A DNA stretch of 64,000 bases from Candidatus Omnitrophota bacterium (GTDB taxonomy: Bacteria > Omnitrophota > Gorgyraeia > Gygaellales > Profunditerraquicolaceae): NCBI GenBank assembly GCA_016208765.1, contig JACQXK010000038.1, forward strand, positions 14,955 through 78,954, in the 5' to 3' direction. Below, piece after piece: positions 1-12,000 of the stretch. The stretch's first letter is position 1. Each line of letters opens with the position of its first letter. Made by a program: the position numbers and the translations under genes. The notes beneath the pieces are model-generated. The model had not been told where the DNA came from, ran no database searches, and saw only the letters and a program-made list of their open reading frames with translations.

Positions 1-3000
1 CATTTTTACATTATTCTCCACCTCAAGCTGGGAGAGTTGTTTATATACATCAGGGATCAGGATTGTTTCGTATTGATCAATAATACCTGTGTAATAGTTA
101 ACTAAAAACTGATTATGAGCCTGTTCTGCCTGCGTGCGTAATGCCTTATACTGATTTACCTCGGACTGATAAGTAGCAATTTGTGCTAAGAGCGCCGGCC
201 TCCATGAATTTCTGTCATCTATTTCTTTTTGCAGATCAACCATGGTTTTGTCCAGATTCTGGTCTAAATCAGCAAGGCTTACTGTCCTTTTTCCGCCCAT
301 TTCAATTTCTATCTGCCTTCTCCAAAACTCAAGGCCGTCAACTAAATCAGAATAAAATCTCAACCTATCCTCAGTAACAGCATCGGCAGCAATGGCCTGA
401 TAAATATCGCTAAACCCGCGCAGCTCGCGGCGCATCTGCATCAGCTTAAACACCTCATCCCAATACATATTAGTTAATCTTGTCAGATGATCTGCTTTTG
501 CATTTGGATCCCTTCTTGCCGCATCTTCAAACGGCTTATCTCCCTCTAAGACAGGAAGCATTTCTCCTTCTTTTACCCCAAAAGGCTGGGTGGCAAGCCT
601 GCTGAAATCATTTTCCACCACAGCTTCATTGCTTAAATAATCCTGGTCTTTGGCGAATTCTATAATACCGGCTCCCAAAGGACTGGCTTTTTCATCATAA
701 TACCAGCGCAGCGCTGTTCCTGTGGTAAGCTCAATCTTTAAACCGTTATCAAATCTGATTTCTTCCGGCTCGCCGACAATTTCAATATTAACCAATTCTT
801 TTTTATCATAAATAAACTGTGTGGGAATTCTTGGGCTGGTGCTGTAAACTATAGCTATAGGAACATTGATCTCTTTCTCAGCAATAACCAAAACTTTTTC
901 TCCGTCTATCTCAACATACCTTGTTCCGGCGGAAAACACAATTTCCCTTCTTCCTGACTTAAACTTAAATTCCTTACCGGCAACCTTAACCTGCAAGCCC
1001 TGATCCCCTGTCCTGATATCAACATTATCCCCGTCAAAAAGCACCGCGAATTTCTGCTTGCCGGTTTCTCCCATTTCCATCGCCCAGCGTATCAATGCCA
1101 AGTTAAGTGACGGCATCTTCACATTACCTGCATAAGGATCAAGCGGCAGGCCCTTGGCATCATAAACAACAGGAGGAATATCTTGTTCCCTTCTTACCTC
1201 GTAAACTTCTCCGGTGACCGGATTGACTTCCGCGCCAAACTTGCCTTCCTGTATGGAGTTAACGTAGTTACGCGCATAATTAAGCCTTAATATGGAAGGC
1301 AGGACAATTGCCTCACCGTCGTGCATATACCAGCCCACATCCTGAAGGAATTTCCTGGTTTCCTCTTCAAACATCAGGGTTTCGCTAATGATCTCATATT
1401 CCCTGGAGGAAAGATTGTGTTTAACAATATACTGATACTTGCCCTGACGGATGGCGAAATAAACGTCATCTGCGTTTTTATTAAAAAATGCCTGGCGATA
1501 CGCCAAAAGCTGCTGCGTCCCCAGGAAAACAATGGCTTTATAGTCCTTGCGTTCAAAAGGAGATTTTAAATGAAGCAGCCTGGATATTACATTGGTTACC
1601 TTTTCCCACGGGAAATCCACTTTTACAGGCGTAACTGTTTCTTCTTCTGAACCCTTGATTACCCTGCCTGTTTTAGGATCATAGCGCATATTCAGCAGTG
1701 CTTTTGGCCAGGCAGCGCTTAAAATACCCGCATTAAATTCCCTGCCGTCTAAATACATGATCCCGCCGCGCTCTTCAAGCTTTTCCATTTTTGGCGCTGA
1801 ATAAAGATCAATTATTGCATCTGCCGCAGCCAAAGTCCCGATAATGCTGATTCCATTCTTGCTTAACCCATAAACATTATTTAAAAGTGAAGGTATTGCC
1901 CCGTATTTACCGCCCAATTGCAGGCCTATGCCAAGGTTACAATCATCGCCAAAAAGCGGGAAGGAGCCAAAGTTAAAGGAAAACAGCGAATTAAATAATC
2001 CGCCCGGGCCGATCTTTATGATCGGAGCCAGATTTATAAGATCTTCTCTTTCTTTCTCAGTCATGGCCAATCTTTCCTGGATTTCTTTCACCCACGATTG
2101 AGCGCCATAAAGCGACCTGACCATATCAAATACCGCATATTCAGCCTGCTTTAAACGGTAGGTCTCCTCGCTAAAGCTAAAATTCTTAAGCATTGAATCT
2201 AAATTCCCTGCATTGATCTTCGCCCCGGAACAATGCGGGTCAAAAATGTTTGCGCCAGACTGCGCAAGCAAATTCCAAAGGCTTGAAACTAACGCTCTGC
2301 CTCTTGAGGTGCTCCAGCCAAAATATGTAGAAACATCCGGCTCAGTAGCATACTCCAACATACCATTTACTGCAGCCCTGTTTTGTGAATCAAGCAAGCG
2401 GCGGGAAAGTTTTACTCTGCCTGTTTTAGCTGCTGCCAATGCCGCAAAACTTGTCCATTCAAAAGTTACTACCTGTTTTTGATCTAACCTTGCCCTGCCA
2501 AAAGGAAGTCCTTCAACCTTAATTTTTTCCCCTTGTTTCCTATAGTCAACTTTAATTACCTGCCCCTCAACAAAATCCAGCATCTGTTCTTGAGCAGGCC
2601 CGGCAATACCCGCAAGTATCGCCCATGAATTAAGATCGTTGGCATAATCCGTGTCCCAAGTGTTAGTGTCAATACGATAGCCAACTTTGAAATAACCTTC
2701 CTGTGTAATATAAGCCGCAGTCAAGTAATCTTGCAGGCTGTTGCGCACAAGCTTATAATCAACATCGCCGGTTAAAGCATATAATTGATTAAATGCCGCA
2801 TAAGAGGAAATTTGATGCTCGGTAGAAACCACATTATAAAGATCAAGATAATCTTCTTTATTATTGGTGAATCTGAACATCGTCATTCCATTTGCGCTTG
2901 TTAATAAATTCTTCTGCATAAACCTTGCGATATTTTCTGCCACATGGCGGTATGTGCCGTCTCCGCTTGTTCTTTCATAATTACACAAAGCAATGATCAT

Positions 3001-6000
3001 ATGCGCAAGCGGGCCGGCACTCTTATTTTCTATGTGGCGCAGGTCGGAAAGGATATAGGCATTGTAAAAACCATTTTTCCCATCACCAAAGAAACGAGTA
3101 AAAAGCCTTAATAACTCTGCAGCTTTTTTATTCTCTCCGGCAAATGTCAGGGCATCAATCAGCACTGCAAAATCATACAGGTATGTTTTGCCGAATTCCG
3201 CCGGGTCGTCTGCAAATGAAACAGGCATTAACTCAAGAAATGCCTTGCGCTGCGCGTCATATCTGGAAATCTTCAGGTATTTCTCGTATTTGGCTGTTTT
3301 CTTCTTAAGTTCAAACTCGCCTTTTTCAACGCGGATATAAGAAGCTTTTCTGGCAATTGTGGTTTCTAAGCCCCTGATTTGCTCTAATACCTGTTCCTTT
3401 GCTGCTTCAAAAGCGCGGAAAGCCTTAATATAATCCCAAAAACCATTATATTTTTTGTCCCATGACTTCGGGCTTTTTAACAGATGGACCCTTGCCTTTA
3501 AAGCTTCAAGGTCTGTTGAGATTGTTTGTAATGGAATCAGGAGATCGTCTGCTTTCTTGGTAAGATCAAGCTCTCTTGGGATCCTGCGCCCTAAAGCAGC
3601 TAATGCCTGCGGCACGCTTCCTAAATCCCTGATACCTGAATAATCAAGAGGCTTATAAGGCGCTGGTTTTGGCTTTGGCGTAACTGCCGGTTCTGGGGAA
3701 GCTTTAGCGCCTGTTGTTGGCCCGGATTTAACAGCTTGGTCTGCTGGTTGAGGCTGAGCTGTCTGCGCAGGAGCTGCTGTCCTTGCTGATACAGGTATTT
3801 TAATTTGCCTTTCCGGGAATATACGATTAGGATTCGCTCCAATTACGCCCTTATTATAATCATACAAATCCTGCCACTTGATCCCATATCTTATGGCGAT
3901 TTTGGAAACAGTATCACCGGATTTAATTGTATAGATAATATCTGCGGGTGCGGCTGGTGCTTGACGAGGAACAGCTACTGGGTCAGGCCTTCTTGCTACC
4001 GGAGCAGGCGCAGGAACTGCCGCGGGAACTGCTGCGGCAAAAGCCTCGGTGGCGCCTAAAGAATTGAGGAATAATGCTGAAGCTAAAACAACTGCTTTAG
4101 CTTTCTGTCCAAAGGTATTGTTGGCTTGTTTTGCAGGTGGAGCGCGCGACATAGTGGTTTCTACCGGAACCTGTCCTGGAACTTTTACACCTTTATTTAT
4201 TACAACCTGGGCTGGAGCCTTAGGCGCAGCAACAATTTGCCTGTCTTGCGCCTTTGTGCCCTGCTCTTCTTGCTGCCTGATCTGATCGCGAATGTCAATG
4301 CTGTTTGCAGGCTCAGTTACAGGCACTGCAGGTTTCTTATCCTTAAGCTCTGCTAATTCATCATAAGCCTGCTGCAAAGCTGTTTCTCTGAACATCTCCG
4401 CTTCCTGCCCAGATACTCCGCCAAAACCCTGCGCGCTTAATTCTGCCATAAATTCTTCTGTAGTTGCTCTTTCCAATCTATAAACTTTTCTCTGCGCCAA
4501 AAACAACTCTAATGCATGCTTTTGTTTTCTTAACCCTTCAAGCTTAACTGCGCCTTTTTCATTATTTATTTCCAGCTCTAATAAAGCAATCCTGCGGCTG
4601 AGCTGATTATCTTCTGATTTTTCTTTTGCGCTATTATTCTCCCTGAGAACCTCATCCTGCAAGTCCAGATCTACAATGCGCGCCAAGATCATAAATCTCT
4701 CTTTTTGCACATCGTCTGCCTGGGCCAAAGCCTTAAATTTATACTCAACGCTCATAAGCATAAGCCGGCGCGCTCTTTCACTTATCCCCTCCTGAGCTTT
4801 AACTGCTCTCACAGAAAATGCATGACGGATATTTAATAAATTTTTAGAATCTTTACCCACCATGCCAAAACCAGAAATTATCTCATCTAAATTCGCGCTT
4901 CTTAACAGCCTTCTTAAATCATCTGCGGAATTAATACGCACGCGATAAACCCTATCAATTACCCTGATAATATTCGCCCGGCGAGAATGAGAGAAAATTC
5001 TGTCAAAATTAAACCTGCCTTTAAAAGACTCTAATAACTTAGCTGTTTCATTCCTGTCTAATTCTTTACTAAGAGGTTTTCTTCCCACATACAAAGCGTG
5101 GAAATCATCCAGATTTAAACCGCCGGGTAAAATATGGCCGTCTTTATTTTTTAATATTTGGCCATTCTGATACAAAGGATAAAAATTATACGCAGTAGCA
5201 AATATGCCGGGCTCTTTATTGCCGCTAACCAAAGAATATGCAAATTCTGTCAAATCTGCTCCGACAAACTGATTCACCGAATTTAAAGCGTGGCTGCCCC
5301 AGCTAATTGCGCCATTCTCGCCTTCAAGGCTTCTGCCGATAATATCCAGCTCCGTGCCGCCGAAATGCTTTAACACCGGATGTTCTGCCAAGAACCCGCC
5401 TGACGCAATTACAGCATTAATTTCTGCGCCAATGGTCCACATATAAAGCATGCTGGAGAAAAATTCCCCTGATAAGCTTACCCACAAATTCTTATAAGGA
5501 TCAGCAAAGAAAGCTTTTTTACGAATAGATTGGGCAACATACAACCCCAAACCTAATAATCCAAGCGGCAACAATACCGGGAATTTTAACATTAATACAA
5601 TCGGCGTAACTACTGCCAAGATAACTGCCAAAGCAACTATATCAGCCTTAAGATAAAGCCATTGCCTGCTGGAAATCCTGGCTACTTTTTTACCCAGCCC
5701 GTTCATTACTACCTTCTCAAATAAACTATTTCCCATTGCGCCCCGGGAAATTATATACTCTAGATCGGCCTTAGCCTTTTCACGTACCTGTTCTTTATCG
5801 CTGTTTAATGCCTGGTAATAACTCATCACATTAATGCTTCTTCCAAGCCAAAACTCAATAATCCTGTTACGGATATGTCCTAAATTAATTACCTTGAGCC
5901 CAAAAACAATGGCAAGAGTACCGAAAATATCTCCCGTATGATAACTTAAATGCAAGGCGCTAAGATACGGCTCAAGGAATTTGATTCCGTAAACTGCAGG

Positions 6001-9000
6001 CAATGAATTAATTACTGCATCACCCAGGATAACCGGTGCAAAAATATGTCCTAACAAAGAACTCAACAATATCAATTGTAACCTGCCAAAGAAGAACATT
6101 GTAGTTGCAGACAAAACAGGGAAAGCAACGTTTAACCTGACAAAGAAAAATGCAATATGTAATACGGCCTTGGCCGGCCAACTCAAGTTTGCATATTCAG
6201 CAGCCAATTTCTTTTCAAGATTATTAATAAATTCGGTTTGCGCTGCCTCAAGCTGGTTGTCATGATGCTTAAAAATTAAACCTGTTCTTTCCGCGTTATA
6301 CAACGCGCGGTCAAAAAAGAAGTTGCGTAAAACATTCCAAAGATAAGGCATGGTATACCCCAGCACAGCCGCGATGATGATAAGTTTTACGCTGGCTATT
6401 CCTGAGGTTAATACCACTGCCAAAGATAAACCGATATAAGCTGCGCGGGTCTTTAATGTAAAATGGCGGATACTAAACAGGTCGCGGAAAGAGTGCCTTT
6501 CACCTAAGGTCTTCTGAGTGTGGACAGCCTGATGTGCCAAGCGTAAAGCAATAAGCCTGGTTAATAGCATGCCGAATGCAAGTTTTAGAAATTTAACACC
6601 GCTATACTCTACACCGTGCTTGGTTAAGAAACTTGCAGTTAAAAGCATGCTTATGCCAAGCATAATAACTACTGAAGGCAGTAATTTGGCAAGTAAACCA
6701 GCGCTGATGATTAACGGTGTAATCTTGAGCCCGCCGATAATAAGCAAGGTACCGGCTGCCACATACAATGCCGCAGGCATGGCTTTTTTAAGTGCGGCGG
6801 CAGGAGTGATCTGGGTTTGCGGATTTAGCCGGATATTTTTGCGCGCAGTAAAAGAAGCATACAACAATCCAAAAGAGGCTGCCGATAAGACAACCGGCAA
6901 TAGCGGCAAAAATCCTTTTATGTTGACAAGCAAACCAAACAGAATAATTATAGTTGCAACTGATGCGATCTTTACCGTTTTAACAACTAAATTTCTGACA
7001 CTACTGGACGAACAAATAGTAACCAAACTCCCCACCGGCCCTGCGCGGATAAGGCCCTTGTTTGCAACATCGCTAAGATATTTTCCTGCTCCAAAATTAT
7101 TAAATAACGCCGATGAGCTCTTTGCCGCTTCCTGTGAAGCAATCGCCCCAACCACAGCGCCCACGGGTGAAGACGTGCCCGTCTTTGTCACCATCAGCGC
7201 TCCAACCGGAGAAGAAGACTTAACTATTGCATCAAATGGTTTAGAAAATACATTGCCATTTTTAGAGAAATTAAATGCTTTAAAGAATGCCCCGTCACCA
7301 ATCCTTGGATCCACTACGATGCTTACAGTAGGATTAAAATCTGTGCCATGATATTTTGCTATTTCTTTTTCTTGTTTCCAATCAACTAATATCAAGCTCA
7401 GGAATTTCAGTAATAAAATCGGAGAAAGATACTCATTACGCCTGCTATTTATAACTCCGAAGCAAAAAACAACTATATTATTATTGTTTTCGTCATATCT
7501 ATACACAACGGCTCCTATAGGATGGTCGCCATTGGATTCCTTCTTTCCAAAATCTCTTTCATGCGCAAAGAATACCTTTAATCCGCGCTTAGCCAATACA
7601 GCATGGATATAACTCCTCTCATATCCGATATCTAACAGGATTTTGAATAATACACTGTCTTCTACTATCTTAATATCTCTCTCTCCGGATATGCCATATG
7701 AGCCGCTATATTCTTTTAGCAGCATATGTGCGGAAAATATAGAAGTAAGGACTAAACCGGGTATCTCCACCATATCCCGATATTTATTTTCAAATTCCGC
7801 AACAGCATACCGCATTGTTTCTCCTGCTGTTCCAACAGTATTTCTTGCTTCATTATCTCCATCTATGGTATCAACGAAATTCAAGATGTACTTAACCTGG
7901 TTTTTGAGAAAATTCAGCCTTGGCAAAAGTATCTCTTTTTTAATCTCATCCCATGTGTTATCAGTTAATTTCACCGAAGCTGGAGCACCGGTGATATTCT
8001 TGATAGATTCAACAAATAGAACAGGATCCGGATCAAGATTAGAAGCAATTTCAGCAACAGAAGGTTGTTCCATGCTTAAAACCTCTTCAATAAATTTAAG
8101 CATACTCTGACACCCATCTATTATTTCGCTCTTTATCACATCGGGAGAAGCCAGATACGAAGCATAAGCCGGATCTTGCATAAGTTTAATATTACCAACA
8201 ATCGGCCCTATGGAATTGCCCATAAAATGGTTCAATGTCTTAAAAAATGCCCTAAACAATTCGCTCCAGCCCATCTCAACAACAGCCGAACTGGCTTGCG
8301 TGGTGTTAATTGCCACTACCGCCCCTACTGCAGATGAAGCGGTGACGGCTTTTTTCATCAGGTCAATTATAAAGGCTTCATTATCAGCAAATCTCTTTGT
8401 GAACATCTCAATAAACAAAATGCCTCTTTCTCTGAAAGTAGTCTGTTCCGGATCAACATTCTGATCCCTGGTAATAACCATTATGTAATCTTTCATAAAC
8501 TCCCGGACTACTTCTTCGGCTTTTCTTAGGTTGCGCCCGCGTAAAGTTTCTAAATTCAACAAGAATGTTCCTTTTATATCAATTAAAAGTTCGTTATTAT
8601 CCCTATGGGCCTTAACAAAGTTTGCACCAGCATTAATACTTGCTAACACAAACTCCATTTTCCCGATTTCGCTCTCTATCCAAGCAAAGGCCTCTTTTCT
8701 TTTCTCCGGCTCTGATACTTTTTTAAGACGATATAAAGCCCCATTGATCACGAACATCGCGGCGTTAAGGTCATACTCAGAAATCTTGGTTATTGTCTGG
8801 CACAACATACCAAAAATATCCTGCGCGTCTGTTTTTGTTCTCTTGCGTCCGCCCTCTATACTCTTGCTGAACCCTATGATCAGTTGCTCCAACGCGGTTA
8901 AACCCTTCTTATTATTTTTCTTATATTTAGACAAAGCATCCTTAAATTTATCAAGGGTAACGGTAAATTCGCTCAGGAACACTTTGATCATTTCTTTTGA

Positions 9001-12000
9001 TTCCTCTGAAACGGGCAATTCTCTTGTAACTTCGTCAACACTGGAAGAGGCAACCACCACAGCTCCTACGTTATTGGTTAACGCAGAAGAAGCATGCCCG
9101 GCGGTAACAGCTTCAATAGCCTGATTCCTTAAATTGTTTCTCTGTTTTTTAGTTGCGTTGATAAACCGGGCGTCAAACATCCTTTCAAATAACTCATTAA
9201 GGAATTTCTTTGTTATCTTTGCTCCGGTTTCTCGGGCTAACTTTACAACCTCTTCAAATTCATCTACAAACACATTAAACAACTCTACAACGCCGTCTGA
9301 TTCCTTAAACAATGTGTCACTTAAATCAATTACCGCGCTTGATGAGCCTTCTGTCCTTGCCACAGCTCCGAGATCATTATTCAGGGCGCTTGAGGCCGCT
9401 TTACCGGAGACAGGAGACAGGTGACTGGTGACTGGTGACACGTGACCGGCGACACGATTAGAGCGGCCTTTCTGCGTTGATCTTGTAGACCGGGATCTTG
9501 CCGCGGCAGGCAATGATGAGTCGTTTAAGGACCATATCACGGTCATTATCTGTGAGTATTTCCCAGGAATCTGCCCGGCCATTACGGCTATAGACATTAC
9601 CCGTGCGGTCGTTAATAAGGAAAAGCCGCAAATGACTGTTGTCTCTACCCGCGGCAAAGATAGTTGAGTCTTTAGTGAATTCCACCATGTGGTCAAAATC
9701 AATTTCTGAATAGTTAGGTCTACACATTTTGCACCTCCTGTTAATTTAAAATATGTGGTTAAATTTGATTGTGGCTCTACTGCCACGCTATAGTTTAATA
9801 TTTTAGTAACTGCGTTGGATGCAGATTTAGTTGTCACGCAGGCGCCGAAGGAGGTCAGTCCTTGGAGGGAGGCCTTCTGGCGGCCTGCGTAAACAACAAT
9901 AGCCTTAACTATCGTTCCTGCCACGGAAGGGATAGAATAAGGCTTGGTTAAATTTGTAATCGGGCTGGAAGTTGAACGAGAACGATTTCTTCTAACTGGC
10001 TTTTGATTTCTTAATAAACCCTGCAAACCAACATCTCTTTTACCCATGCTTTCTTTAGGCTCGGCAGTCCAGCGATTATAAAGAACCAAAAGTAACGTGC
10101 CTGCTGCATATGCCAAAATATCATATGGATCATAGGTAAGATTTTTCCAATAAAAGGCGTGAATAAAATTACGGGTAGATTCGTATTTAGTGAGAATCTC
10201 CTGCGCGCTAAGCAAGCTGAAGAAAACCGCCGCCGCAATATTTGCTCCTATAACGCTAATTTGGGTGATCGGTTTAGCCGCCAAACCATTTTCTAACTCG
10301 CTGTTATTTTCTTTAATATACCTTGATAACTCCACAAGCCCCAAAGCAAAACCCATATAAACTGACACATCAAGGAAATTATAGAACCAATTGTGGAAAA
10401 ACCAGTTAAGATTGGCAAAATTAAAAGCAAAATTAAATATTACTATGCTGGATGATAAAGCCGCAAAACGCATATTCTTCCTGATAAAACCATAGAAAGC
10501 TGCGGCAGAGAAACTCACACAGGTTAACGTCCAGAGAATTCCTGATAATGAAAAATCAGCAACAAAAATACTGGAAAGCCCTGAAGAAGCAGTTGTTTTA
10601 GTTGTCACGCAGGCGCCGAAGGAGGTCAGTCCTTGGAGGGAGGCCTTCTGGCGGCCTGCGTAAACAACAATAGCCTCATCTACCATTCCTGCCACGGAAG
10701 GAGTAAAATGAGGCTCGTTAGAAATAAAAGCCGAAATAATCTCTTTTAAATAGTATTTTAATAATTGGTAAATAGAAGACAGGGAAACAGAACTTGAACC
10801 AATCCTGACAACTGCTCCATAATTTACAGGTATTGCGGATGATACAGTTTGATTTAATGGATAATCTGCGGGCGGACCACGGGCACCATACTTTTCAACG
10901 AGAATTTGATTTCTTGTATGAATAGATGAAGACGCACTTTCTCCGATTAACGGAAGTTTATCATCTTCTCGCCTTAAACCAATAATTGCACTACTGGAAC
11001 CTCTGGATTTACCTACAGTTCTTGCTACTGCGCCAACATTTGCTGCAACAGGTAAGCCTGTTTCATTGCTCCTGCTTTCAGCTGCACCTCTGGCACCTAC
11101 GATTGCACCTACTGCACTGCTACCAACTAAAGCTCCTAATTTTCTGCCCGCTTGTCTGTTACCACGACCTGACATTGGGCTAATGCCAGTCGCCACGTTG
11201 ACACCGCCAGCTTGGCCAAACAGCTGCGTACCCGCGACTGTTGACATTATTGCTGACGAAGATACTACCAGTCCTTCCGTGGCGGGTTTAATTACTAAAG
11301 GTAAAGCCGGTGATGATCCAAGCATTTCCGCAAAAGTTCCTAATCCTCCCACTACCGCCCCAATGCTTGTCGGAACAGGCACTCGTGCCGGCGCAACTGG
11401 CAGATTTGCCGGTAATTGATTTTCTGCAGGGCTTTGAACTGGAGAAGAAGCCTGATCCAAAACAGCATCCACATCAATAACTTCTCGCGCAAGATAGCCA
11501 TCAGTAAAAGCAACTATGCGTAGAGGTAACTTAGGGTTATTATTATTGAATAAAGACAGGTCTAAAGACATTCTGCCTTCTAAATCAGACGCAGATTCAA
11601 ATATCATTTCAAGAACTTCTTTTTTCTCATTTTCCGAAGAACCGTTAAACAACTCCACATAACTTTGCAATCCGAATGCAGCGCTATACGAATCAAATGC
11701 GCTAAATTGTCTGCCGCCTTCTCTGCCATAATTATCACCGCTAGTCTTAAAGCTCAATCCTATTATAGCTAAAACAGGATCTGCATCTTTCTTCGCGATA
11801 GCTTCATTAATCCATTTCATCACTTCATTAGAGACGCTATCTAAAACACCTGCTAATTCACGTATTTTATCAACCGAAGCGCCCTCTGCCATCGCCTTAC
11901 CTATATTAGCCCTTGCCTCAACCAACTGCTCTTTTATCGCGGCAAATTTGGCAATTTCTGTTCTATGCTCTGGGGCAAGTTCAATAAACCTCTGGCCGTT

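Noticed and set aside
6569-9124. Plus-strand ORFs of 150-260 aa (6569..7351, 7643..8110, 8531..9124, also 29088..29669, 36200..36868, 48217..48744, 52025..52639)
   Set aside because: All lie antisense to verified or strongly supported minus-strand genes in an otherwise gap-free minus-strand coding block. They are low-complexity, Ser/Ile/Leu-rich shadow ORFs.
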